Of a stretch of 47,104 bases of DNA, positions 27,701 through 39,563 are shown one piece after another. Below the pieces are notes generated by a model. The model did no database searches. It saw only the letters and a program-made list of their open reading frames with translations, and was not told the origin of the DNA. Location of the stretch: contig JAHLWZ010000922.1 in assembly GCA_020536535.1 (NCBI GenBank), positions 1 through 47,104 on the forward strand, in the 5' to 3' direction. Position 1 is the first letter of the stretch, and every line of letters starts with the position of its first letter. Origin of the DNA: Pelomyxa schiedti (taxonomy: Eukaryota > Protista > Evosea). The position numbers and the translations under genes are program-made.

Positions 27701-28807
27701 CTACCAAAAAAGCACCTACTACAGCCAAAAAGGCGGCACCCTCTGTTAAAGCCAGTACACCTTTAGACACAGAGCCACCTCCCACAGATATTTCTGAACC
27801 CATTGCGCCAATTCCGGAGGTCGTACCTGACGAGAAAGACATTCTTCCTCCGTTTTCTGAAGGTAGTAATTTGCTGTAACTTTCAACTTTAACCCTCCCC
27901 CTAAAAGAACCTGAGGATACCCCCAAAAAAGAAGCCGAGGACACATCAAAGACTGCAAAGGCTGCCAGACCGTAATTCCTTTCACCCCTCTGCTTTTTTT
28001 CTTAAACAACCAAAGCAAGAAGAAAACTGGGAGTAAAGTTGGTAATCTCCAAGCAACCCTCCATCTAGATCCTACATTGATGCTTTCTGGTCGAAGACCT
28101 ACCCACAAGAAGGAACCCGTCCCTGAAGAAGAGGGCGAGACTCCTCCAAGTACAAGCCTGGATGGACCACCTGGTGAAGGACCCCGGCTTGTTGGCGTTA
28201 CCAAGACTCGCGCCAAGCCAGCAAGAGGAAGGCATCCACCAACATTACGGAAAGCGAAAGTACAGAAAGCAGAAGGTATGGATGACGACGACGACAGTGA
28301 CCTGGGGGATGAGGACACCTTTGCAAAGCCGGCAGACCCGTCTCCTCCTAAACCAAAACCTACAACTCCCGCACAGCCGTCTGTAGACTCGTTGTTATTT
28401 GATGAGGTACATCCTTTCTGTCTCTGATTTGCACTAATCACAACCCGCAGAAACCCTCTTCGAGCGCATCCCACACTTCATTACCGGACGATTTGTTCGA
28501 TTCACCTCTCGATTTACCTACGGCAACGAAGAAAGCACCTGCAAAGCAAACAGCAACCAAGACAAAAGCCACAGTAGAAAAGGCTGTGTCTGAAAAGAAA
28601 GAAACTACCACTACTTCCGCAGCCACTGTGACGGCAGATAAAAAAGAAGAACCAACCAAGAAAGCAGAAGCTCCCACACCAGTAGCAGCCAAAAAAGCAC
28701 CCCCTCCCAAAGCAGTCACTACGGACTTGGGTGACCTGGAGGACGACCCAATGTTCTCCGCCACTAAGAAAGAGGCCAAGTCAGAGAACTTTGGTCTCTT
28801 TGACTAA
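24702..28807 (+). CDS. WASHC2: WASH complex subunit 2 (FAM21)
   Basis: Head domain: WTLAELRTESKDWSLGSD, LHNTFNNFLMLSNTQYIENRV, PLPCVYGTDDYIKDDHCGL. Long acidic tail with LF-acidic motifs, a capping-protein-interaction-like motif LVGVTKTRAKPARGRHPPT, and the end GLFD*. Confidence 0.9.
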
Positions 28808-29059
28808 AACATTAATAAAATTGTCTATTGCCTTGCTTTTAAAAAGAGAATCTTCAATTACCATTCAGACAAATCAGGAATTTCCTTCTATGAATTCAGG
28901 CACATTCCCTTTGCAAATCGCACTTTAAAAAAAACCATGAGGGGTAACCCTAGGCGTGTTGTTGGGGGTCTTTTTCTTCAGAGGTGCCATCAAACGAGGC
29001 CTCTTCCGTGTTGTTGTATGGCTCCTCCCTTTGATTAATCATACTCACTCAAGGAATGA

Positions 29060-31108
29060 ATGCATCAGTGTCTCCTTGTGCGATGGGTGGACAACACCAC
29101 TAAGAGACGCAACGTCGAACGAGAGTCTCGGAGCCGAGCCAATTTCGCCCAAGTCCAGAGGGACCTTCTGAAGTCCATCATGGAGCGGAGCTGCGCCAAT
29201 GGCGGTTGCGAGTTCGCTCGCAAGCACAAAATCATGGGTCTCGGCGCGGGCTCCTCCGGCGTGTACACAATGGAGCAATTCCGGCAAAGGGTGCCGCTGT
29301 GCACGTATTCAGATATCGCGGCTGAGGTTGACATGGTTGCACAGACTGGTTGCAAGTTTCCCAGGTGCACTGATCCAATTGAGTTCCTCACTTCCACAAC
29401 CGGTATGCTTTTCCGGTACTGAGTGGATTTAGTTGGAACTTGTTTCGTTTTCCTGTTGGTTTCTTGTGCCTGAATACCAGTCTGATGTGTAATTTTTCCT
29501 TCCTCATTTGTTTAGGCACAACCGGATCACAGAGACTTGTTCCTCTAACTCGGATAGACATGGAGAAGATGCGGAGTTACTTGAATACGTGCATTATAAT
29601 CGCTTTTTCCTGTCGATCAACACCCAACAAGGTGTCAAAAAGAGTCCTGGAGGTATCACACAGGGTGCACTTGGCCCAATGTTCTTTCTCAGGTCAAAAA
29701 AGTGGCTCCCTTTTGTTTTTGTATCTCCCTTTGAGGTCTACCAGGTATAACTTGACTTTTCATAATACATCCATGGCAATAGAGATATTTTTCTTTTAGG
29801 CTGCGGAATGGGTGGAACCAGCAATGTATCTTCATGCATTGTGGGGAATGAGAAAATACTCCGAACTCTCCCAGATTTCCGTTCCTTTTTCTGCGATGCT
29901 GCATTCCTTTTTCACAGTGATGATCCGGGACTGGGATGACCTCATATATGACGTGGAGCACGGAACCCTGCATCGCAAGGTTCCTCCTGTGCAGCTTCGA
30001 CACGAGCCAATGCCACATTACGCTTCTAGGATACTTGAAGCGGTATCCAGAGTGCCACCTGGAAAACCCGGCTGGGTAAAATCGGTGTTTCCAAAGTTGA
30101 ACTTGGTGGTATCCAACGTCATAAACCCTTCTCTGAGTTATGTATCTGACCTCAAGTTATGGCTTGGAGATGACGTGCAATTCCGGTCCTTGGTATATGG
30201 AGCATCCGAGTGTATCATCGCAATGCAAACTCCAGAGGCCACCATCGCTGACCTGAGGCGTGACATTCAGCCAAACTCGGCGTTTTTTGAATTCGTACCA
30301 TTGGACGAGGAAGAGTCCAAGAAGTGCACAGAGACTGGTGGAGCCATGCTGCCACAAGAGGCCATTGTTGGGCACATTTATGAGGTTGCTTTGACAAACT
30401 TCTCTGGGTTGTGGAGGTATCGAATGGGAGATGCAGTTCAGGTTGTTGGATTCAAGGGTCAATGCCCAGAGGTATTCGCCTTCCTCCGGACTCACATTTC
30501 CTTTTACTCAAACAATGCAGATCAAATTCGCTTACAGAGTTGGTTCGGTTCTGAACATCTTCGGAGAGAACATCAACGAGATTCACCTGCGCAAAATAAT
30601 GACAGATGTGTTTGGTGATAACATTGTCGATTTCACTGTCTTCCAGGACGATATTGAAAGCCGCTATCACGTTTACGTCGAGCCGAGGTCCCCCCTTTCT
30701 CCTGAAACTGTATGTGTCTCCCCTGTCATCCAACTTCCCACCATTCCCATTCTCTTTCTCACCTTCCCATTATGTTATCATTATCATCTCCATTCCCAAT
30801 TCCCAGGCACACCCACGCTCTCCCATAATACTCTCTTGCTCACTCTACTATCAAACCACACCGCCAACAAGGTTTCGACACTGAGCGAGGCCGTTGACGC
30901 GGCGATCAGGCAGACGGTGTATAACTACCGGCTGTATCCCTTCAAGAAGCCCCTTGTGTGTGTTGTGAGGCCGGGGACCTTCGCGTCCCTGACGTCGCAC
31001 ATTCAAAGGAGGACGCTGAGCCAGGCCAAGGTGCCCATCAAGGTCCTCAACCCCGAACACATCAAGATCCTCGTCGACAACACGCTGGAGAGGTGTTGCG
31101 CTCATTGA
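29060..31108 (+). CDS. GH3-family acyl acid-amido synthetase (ANL superfamily)
   Basis: FRQRVPLCTYSDI, P-loop TSTTGTTGSQRLVP, YGASEC, FFEFVP, YEVALTNFSGLWRYRMGDAVQVVGF, LNIFGENINE, VVRPGTF and QAKVP. The start codon is uncertain. Confidence 0.9.
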
Positions 31109-31789
31109 CACTTTTGTTGGCGCCATTTTCTACCGTTGCAACGGTGCTTCGTTGATTACGCCAGAACTGTGGAAAAAAAGATCGAAAAGGGAAAAAAATG
31201 TGCCGTCGTTACTACTCAGAACGGAACAAGCATGAGGTGGGAATTGGTAGATGTAGGTGTGTCTGTGTATCATGTAGCACCGTTTCCTTTTGGAGGCAGA
31301 AGCATGGGAATTATCTGAAGTGCGCAGCAGAGGGACCAACATAGGCCATAACAAGACTCAGCAGTGCAATTCCACAAGTGGAAAGGAGTTGTTTGAGGTC
31401 ATAGTCTTTCATCTTCATAGTGGACAGGTGTGCCACAGCACACACCACAGCTTGCCATGACAGGAAGCGGTACTTTTATAATACGTGGGTACGGTATTTC
31501 ACAACACAGAATGAACAAAAAAAAAAAAAAAAACGAACAACACGTGAGTAGCAACCGTTCGTTTCATACATTGTGTACATGTTTGGGGAAAAAAAACCTT
31601 GAGGAAGATACTCAGCATGCTGAATAACATTGCAAGGAGGGACATTGGCATAGAGAGGGCATCTACGGATTCCTCCTGCTTGTGCCAGACCGCCGACGAG
31701 TGCACATTGTCCGGTGACACAACACGTCCCTGTTGCCCTCGTGGCATCTCGGCGAATGATGGGGTTGAATGATCAGATCCTAGTTTTCC

Positions 31790-34099
31790 GGGAAAAAAGA
31801 CGAATCTGAAGCTCTTTCCTCCACGGAATCGAACATCGACAGGATAGTTGGGGTGTCGCGGGTGCTGTGGGAGTCTGTGGTGTCCCGCGGGTGGCTCGAC
31901 GACCCGTGCGACCCGGATCCCCCTTCGTCCTGCGGCCTCCGCAACGTGTCGCTGTTCAGCCTAGCCGAGGCCGCCTTCCCACTGGTGGCGCTGGTATGCT
32001 CCCGCGCGCTGCAGCCCCCCCGCGGGGGCCGCGGCGTCGGCACCTACTGCGCCATCGCCAGCGCCGCCTCCGCCCCCAGCGCCTCGTGCGTGGCCTGGAT
32101 CCTCGGGCACCGGCGGCGGCGGCTCGGCAGGGACCCGGGCCCCGCGCCCACCGCCGCAGTGGCCGTGGCCCCGGCCCCTTGTCTGCGTGGAGTCGCCGAC
32201 GAGGAGGGTCCCGTCGTGAAGGAGGTGGTCGCGGTGCTGAGGGGCCTGTGCTGTGGCGGCCATCTGGAGCTCCTGAGGAAGTTCTTTGGGCCTGCGGAGG
32301 GTGGAGACGGGCCGCCAGCCGACTGCGCTCTGCCGGCATTGTGGGATGGCCGACGCGTCGTTGGGTGGGCGAGCGCGTGCGCAGCTTTGGGCGGTGGCCG
32401 CGAGGGCTCTGGGAATGCGGCTATTATGGGTGCGACTATGCTGAGGAACAAGGTGAGGGAATACGTGAAGGCATCCTGTGGGTCTCCAATGTGCCGGGTC
32501 ATTGTCAGGGCATGCAGTTCAGGCCACCTCGATGTTGTCAGGTGGCTGGTTTCCGTGCTCGGAATCGAGCGGAATGAGGCCCAGTGGACCCTATTTGGCG
32601 AGCCGCTGTTCGCTGCTATTGGCGAGGGAAGGATGGAAGTTGTTCGGTGGATGTTTGCGGAGTTTCGATTCGCGCAGCTCCCTGTGTCGGCTCTGCTGGA
32701 GATGGTTGATTTGTGTGCAGATGGCGCTGCGCCGGGCAACTTGAAGTGGTGTGAGGAGATAATTCCGCCGGGTGTCATCAACAAGAACGAGTGCCAGTAT
32801 CTCATGTTTAGGAATGAGCACAGCACTGTGGAAGACTGCCGATGGCTGGAAGATGATATTATCAAATCAGGTGTGGAGGACTATATCTTTGAGAAAATTA
32901 AGAAGCCTGATATTGCCAAGTGGGTCCTGTCAACATTCCCAATTGCACCTGCGGCGGAGTCTTTGAATTGCCTCTGCAAGACCTTTGGAGACATAGCATT
33001 TGCAGAGTGGCTTGCAACCGAAAAGCACTTCACGCTATCTGCAGACACCTTTGTAGCAGCCTGTTCCACCTCAAAAGGAGGAGCTTCACTTGCAAGATGG
33101 CTATCGACCAGGGTTACTCTCACACAGGCTGACCTACTGAACGGCCTTAAAGAAGCAATACGCTGGAGCAATATAGACGTTGCCGATTGGTTGGAAGAAA
33201 CTTTCCACGTAATGTCTCTTGTAAACTCCGTTCCTGATACCGCTGGGAGTTTCTTGATGGCTTGCACAGAAGATGCCGACCCGAAGGACAGAGTGGAGGG
33301 GATAAAGTGGCTGATTCACCACCTCTCTGAGCCTTCGAGTATCGGGGTGGATTCAATCCTTAGCTCAATTTCTGAGGCACTTAGGTGCTTCCGGAGGCAC
33401 ACTGTTTCATACTTGCTGGAGACCTTCCCCGCATTTGAACCACAAAATCTTTTTAAGAACCTCGTGATTGAGTTCATGGAGGAAGACCTTGGTACCCTGA
33501 AGCGGATTCTCCTCCCTGTAGGTCCCTCACTCCTGTCAGGAGAGAGCACAGCGGAGTTCGTGGGCAAGTGCTTGACTTCAAAGGACTTCCAACCGTACTC
33601 AAGCAAGATTGTGAAGTGGGTGATTGGCCATTTCCAACTGCAGTACAAACATATAAAAGCACACAAAAACTCACTCCTGTTTAAGCGAAGAACCGGTGTG
33701 TGCAATGGGTTCTTGATTCCTTTGACATTCCCCTCTGTGATGTATGTATGATGTCCCCTTTCAATATTAAGTACCCAACCCCGGCAACGACTAATGGGAA
33801 CAAAAACTCAGGTGTTCGAGATGGCTGATAAGTGGTTCGCTCAGGATAGGCACGTGGACCTGTCCACGTGGCTGGTGATTCTCAGGAAGTATCCCACAAT
33901 TGACGCGGGGGTGATACGGCAACACTTCCTGCCAATCGCGGCATCATCACCCCACATTGGAGTGCACGCAATGCGGGAGTGCGGGCTCCCAGCCAAAGAC
34001 CTTCTCGACTACCTTGGGACCGAGCTTGATGACCTCCCGTTGGATCTCAAGTTGTGGAGGTACTTCTTCCAGGCACCAAATGGAGTGCAAGATACTTGA
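31790..34099 (+). CDS. Ankyrin-like repeat protein of a lineage-expanded family; apparent frameshift near 33685 (pseudogene or assembly error)
   Basis: 632-aa ORF with LCCGGHLELLR, ACSSGHLDVVRWLV, AIGEGRMEVVRWM and AIRWSNIDVADWL. It continues in another frame (KNRCVQWVLDSFDIPL) and splices to the 33811-34099 exon. The start is unclear. Confidence 0.7.
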
Positions 34100-34591
34100 A
34101 GAATCCCGCTATCATTGAACTACAGTTTTTTCACAAACAGAAACACGTGAACTCAAACAACCACTTCTGCTGGCTGCCAGCATTCCTTATGAGAGTGGTG
34201 TGTTGTGATGGGTTTGCATCACTCAGTGTTTATTTAAACAGAAAATTTGATGAGGAAAAAGAGAATTGTGTTTCTGTGTTTTAGAACAAAGGGATAGTGG
34301 AGCGGAATGTTGTTTGGGTGGCTTGTTGGCTGTGAACTGATGATAACCTGGATGGTTGGTAATCATTATTGGTTGCCTGTGGTATGATGGCGACTGTACC
34401 TGAAGAAAGGTTATTTAAAGGCGGTCAGGATCCTACATCATATGAGGTGAGGATACTTTTTATGAAGCCAAGCCAGCTTGCTGGAGAACTGAAAAAATGA
34501 TCAGTGCCAATAAAAGTTGGAATTTTGAAAGCAAACCTAATAATTTCTGCCAAGTTCCAACTTTGTAATTCATCCATTTATCGCTTTGGTA

Positions 34592-35142
34592 TCGCAGCCC
34601 GCCCAGAATGGGCGTGCACATCGTGAGCACGTGAGCACTCACGGGCAAGAGCTGGCTATATTATAGTTAAGTGTATTGAGGCCTCGAGTATCAATTCATC
34701 ATCCCAGATAATTATCGCAGCCCGCCCAGAATGGGCGTGCACATCGTGAGCGCTTGAGCACTCACGGGCAAGAGCTGGCTATTATGTATTAATTGTTGGA
34801 ATTAGGGGCATTCTAGGAAAGACCAGCTATTGAGCTGATAAAATAAACTGTGCTAAGAATCATTAGTGCCAATAAAAGTTAGAATTTTAAAGGCAAACGT
34901 TTCGCAGCCCGCCCAGAATGGGCGTGCACATCGTGAGCGCGTGAGCACTCACGGGCAAGAGCTGGCTATGCAATCAGTATTTGAAATATAGTACTAGTAC
35001 CTATGATATGATGGAGATCTAAAGTTGTTGTTGGAATTAGGATTAATCAGTAAATGCAATCAGTCCCATAATTCGCGGCCCGCCCAGAATGGGCGTGCAC
35101 ATCGTGAGCCGGGGAAACTGCGTGGCTCACGGGCCAGAGCCG
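34592..35142 (+). repeat. Array of four ~68-nt structured repeats with variable spacers (copy B)
   Basis: Units start at 34592, 34715 and 34902, with the variant unit at 35073. Confidence 0.95.
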
Positions 35143-35416
35143 GACCTAAGTAAGTTGCGCATCCGGAGGAGCTATACATACAGCAATACCAGTAGGTCTA
35201 AAGCATCAACAGTAAACGCAGCTCCAGTCCCATAATGCCCCCCCCAGCACCCGCCCACGCACCACACCACACCGCACTCCGCCTGATCACACGCTGAGGA
35301 TTGAGGCACTGTTGAAGGTGGCGTGGTTGTTGTTGTGGCGTCGTTGATGTGGCAGCGCCGGCCCCGGGGAATGCCCCCCGCTCGTCCACGCAGTGTGCAG
35401 CTGGTAGGAAATGAGC

Positions 35417-35585
35417 CGGAGAGGGTGAACGTTGAGGCCCAAGACAGCGGGCAGGCCGTGCCGTATTCCTCTCAGCCCCCGGAGGGGTTCGTGCGGGCAG
35501 TCGAAAGACAGTGCAGTGATCTGCCAGGTCAGGCCCGTTGCTGTCCAGGCTGTCTTGGGGGGCGCCCACCCCCGCGTCGGTGTTG
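35417..35585 (+). ncRNA. Putative structured RNA, second copy
   Basis: Identical to 8995-9139 apart from one extra G in the G-run. Stem 35438-35448 pairs with 35549-35559. Confidence 0.5.
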
Positions 35586-35845
35586 ATTTGTTGCTTTTGT
35601 TGCTTTGTTATTTTTTTATGACTTTGTTATTCTTTATTCCTTGACGATGACTGACTTCTCATTGTTGTGCGCGCCAATTGGTGAAACTTTTTTTCACCAA
35701 TTGGTTCCCAGGAGCAATTGGGTCTGACATTTTCCCGCGTGTGTTGCAGGCTGAATGCCATGACGGCTGTGGTAGAACAACGAAAACAAGCGAAGAAAGA
35801 CGACTTAGTTTTTTTCTCCTATTCGAACTCAGCAACAATCATGAA

Positions 35846-38800
35846 TCAAAACGGCCACTTCCAATTCCTCACTTCAGGCAAATCTTGTCCATTCTTGATG
35901 ATGTAGTTCTTGTGGTCAATGAGTTTACTCTTGAGCATTTCCTGTTGGGAAGAGGGGTGCTTAGGTTGCCGGAACGAAAGAAAAAGAACCGCGCACACAC
36001 ATAGACATAGGCACTGTTCTTGAGCTGCGGCAGACGGACAATGGCATCAGAGGCAAGAGTGTACCGATCAATCTGATTGAGCACGGCCATGTCGAAGGGA
36101 GTGGTTGTTGTGCCCTCTTCCTTGTAGCCTCTCACATGAAGGTTGGGGTGATTCTTGCGGCGATACGTGAGCCGGTGTATCAACCAAGGGTATCCATGGA
36201 ACACAAACACAATCGGCTTGTCAGTCGTGAACAGGAGGTCGAAATCCTTGTCGGCAAGACCATGTGGGTGCTCAACTGTGACAAAAGGGTAAGTGAGAAT
36301 TGTCAAGTGTGCGACAAAAGTTTACTTTGTGGTTGCAATGCCATCAGGTCAACAACGTTCACGAACCGGATGCGGATTTCTGGGAAATTCGACCGGAGAA
36401 TTTCGGTTGCTGCAAGGGCTTCCAGAGTTGGAACATCTCCACAGCTCGCCATCACCAAATCAGGCTCTGTTCCCTGATTAAGAAGTGGGCTGTTGTTCAG
36501 GTCTTGTGAAGGAGTTCTCGTGTGTGAAAGAAATACCTGGTCATTTGAAGCCCAATCCCATATTCCCAATCCTTTGGTGCAATGCCGAACTGCGTTGTCC
36601 ATGTCCAGAAACTGCAGTGATGGCTGCTTTCCTGCTATGATCAAATTCACGTAGTGCCTGCCAACGGGTGTTGTTAGCCGCCATTCTTGGCTGCTGTATA
36701 CAATCCACTTCCACTTCCACTTACTTTGAACGAAGACAATGATCAACAGTTGTCAGCAGGCAGTTTGCATCAGGGGGGAGATAGATTCGAATGACTTCAG
36801 CTTTCTTGTTCACAACGTGGTCAATGAACCCAGGGTCCTGGTGACTGAAACCGTTGTGATCCTGCGTGGAAGAACAAGCGCGCGCTAATTGAGAGAAGGG
36901 ATATGTTGATAGTTGGGACGTACCTGCCTCCACACGTGAGAGGTCAACAGGTAGTTGAGTGATGGAATTGGCCTCCGCCAAGGAATTTTCTTTGAGACTT
37001 TGAGCCACTTTGCATGTTGATTGAACATAGAATCCACGAGATGGATGAAGGCTTCGTAGCATGAAAAAAGCCCATGCCGCCCAGTGAGAAGATAACCTGA
37101 AGGAAAGAAATAAGTGGGTTGGTTACCCGCGCCAATAGTACAAGTGCAAGTGAACACAAACCTTCCAGCCATCCTTCCAGTGTATGCTCACTCAGCATTT
37201 CCATCACACGGCCGGTTCGAGAGAGGTTTTCATCCACATCCAATCTGTTCGCCATCCACGCGCAATCAGTGACCTCAAAAAGGGCACTCAGACGATTTGA
37301 AGCCGTTTCATCAGGTCCAAAGATCCGCATGTTGGAGTGAGCAGCATTTAATTGCATTGTATCACGTAAAAACCCTGCTGCAATTCTCGTTGCTTCCGCT
37401 TCCGTCGTTCCTTTCATTGTGAATTAAATCAAGAAAGAAGAATTCCGTGGAGAGGAAAACCTGGATGAGGGACTGGAAACGAGTAATCCCTGAAATCTGG
37501 CAGCCGCAAATCAAAACTCAGTTTGCCGCCGTTTGCATGCGGATTGCTCCCCATTCTTCGTGCACCCCTTTTTTGGGTTTTACTTTTTAGAGCAATCAAT
37601 TCAATTGCACTCAGTACTTTGGGGCAAGAGCTTGCAGGGAGGAAAGAAGTGTCCCATTCGAGTCAAATAAGTCTTCAGGGTGGTAAGATTTCAGCCATTC
37701 CTGCGGGGCGGGGGGGGTACAATTCAATATTGCTATTATGCGTCCAGAAAAGGACACTTGCCTCAAGCAACATGAGATGTTCGGGGTTTGTACGAACTTC
37801 CTGAAGGGGAACTTGGTGTGACCTCCAGGTGTCTTCAATTTTTTTCCCTGGCGGTGCCTGTTAAATACAGCAAACATAGGCCGTGTGGATATTTTACCAT
37901 CAACTTCCTTCGGACCAGTCCAACCCTTGGGAGTTTTCAATATTATCATGGGCCACTTTTTTGGGGTGACTTAATTGGAAGTTTCCCAGAGGAAGTGAGG
38001 TGCTTACTTGCGGTCTTGTGTTGTTGTTAGCGGCTTCTCTGGATTGCCTTTGTATCTCTCGTATCTCTTTCACTACAACCTCAAGTGTGGCAGCCATGCA
38101 TTGATGCACATGTACGGGGTCATTCCTTGTAAATGCAACAACAAGGTGACAAGAATGAAAGAAGTGTAATTGAAAAATACCCTTCCACCCAATAGGTCTT
38201 GTAACCATATCCGTAGAAAAGGGCGTCCAACTCCGCATCAGGAATCCTTGCCAATACCGCGGGGTTTGCGATTTTATATCCATTCAGATGCAAAATAGGA
38301 AGCACAGTACCTTGAAGGGGAGAAATAAAAGGAGGGAGAGGGATTTTCAGAGCTTGCTACATGATGATGGAGTTACCATCACGTGCGGGATTCAGAAATT
38401 TGTTGGAGTGCCATGAGGTTGCCAGAGGTCCCGTTTCAGCTTCTCCGTCACCGACAACGCACACCACCAGCAAATCAGGGTTATCAAAGGCGGCGCCATA
38501 CGCATGTGAAACAGAATACCTTGTTGTTAGTCAAGAATTGAAACTAAGAGGCTGAGATGAGGGGTACCCAAGTTCGCCGCCTTCGTGTATGGATCCAGGA
38601 ACTTCTGCTGCAGTGTGGGAGGGAATACCTCCAGGGAAAGAAAACTGCTTGAAGAGCTTCCTCATTCCGTCCTTATCTCTGCTGACCGTGGCATAGTGGT
38701 CTGAATAAGATCCTTCCAGATAACTTAAGAGTGTTAATCAAACTCAGTTTTGGCACCACTTTCGTAGCGTACGTGTTGGAAACCATTGCAGGACCACCAT

Positions 38801-39150
38801 GACCAGGACCACAAACGAAAATCATGTCAAGGTCATACTTAATAATCACACGATTGAGATGGGTATATATCAAATTCAATCCAGGTGTAGTCCCCCAATG
38901 ACCAAGGAGCCTTTTTCCCACGGAATTAACTTCAAGTTGAAATTTAAGATGGTTCGCACCTTGGCTTAATATGCTCAGGCTTGAGAGGTTCCAAAAGAAG
39001 AGGGTTATCCATCAAATAAATCTGCCCAACAGAGAGGTAATTGCCAGCACTCCAATAGGCGTGAATTGCCTTGAGCTCCTTATCACCCAGTATTCCATTT
39101 TTATACTCACTGACACCATCTGTTACACCAACAACTCTTTTCTCCATCAT
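35846..39150 (-). CDS. xfp: Xylulose-5-phosphate/fructose-6-phosphate phosphoketolase (TPP-dependent)
   Basis: [111 protein letters not shown] and [17 protein letters not shown], ending EVRNWKWPF*. Many short introns. Confidence 0.97.
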
Positions 39151-39563
39151 TGCGTCGACCTACACCATCTAAAAAAAAAAAAGGAAAAGAAAAACATAAA
39201 GCCCAAGTAGTCAGTTCAGACACTGCAAAAAAAAAAACTGACCGTTGAAGCGACACTGCCAACAGGAGGAAAAAAAAAGCACTGAATGGATCAGTGATCC
39301 CGTTCAAATCACAACGAGTCATAAGCAGCCTCTAGAGATCAAAGGGTATCATCACGTTACGCTCGGGCTTAAAACATCTCACGCGCCCCACCAACCACGA
39401 CACCACCGCACTTCTCAGTTGTGGGAATACAAATTGAGCGAATTGTTCCTTTTTTCTCACCCTGGAACAATCTGGCAGCTCGCTGTTTCGCACCGCGAAA
39501 TCAAATCAGAAAGCAAAACAACCGTTGTCGAATCTATCACAGAACAAAGGCGATCACTGCTAC

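Larger units (their letters stand above)
34285..35721. mobile_element. Dispersed non-coding element, copy B
   Basis: Same orientation and collinear with 8050-9296, with an extra ~200 nt at 35221-35415. It lies between the convergent 3' ends of two genes. Confidence 0.7.

Noticed and set aside
35136-35180. Group II intron domain V (GAGCCGGA...TCCGG)
   Set aside because: The catalytic triad has no pairing partner, the upper stem does not form, and copy A breaks the stem.
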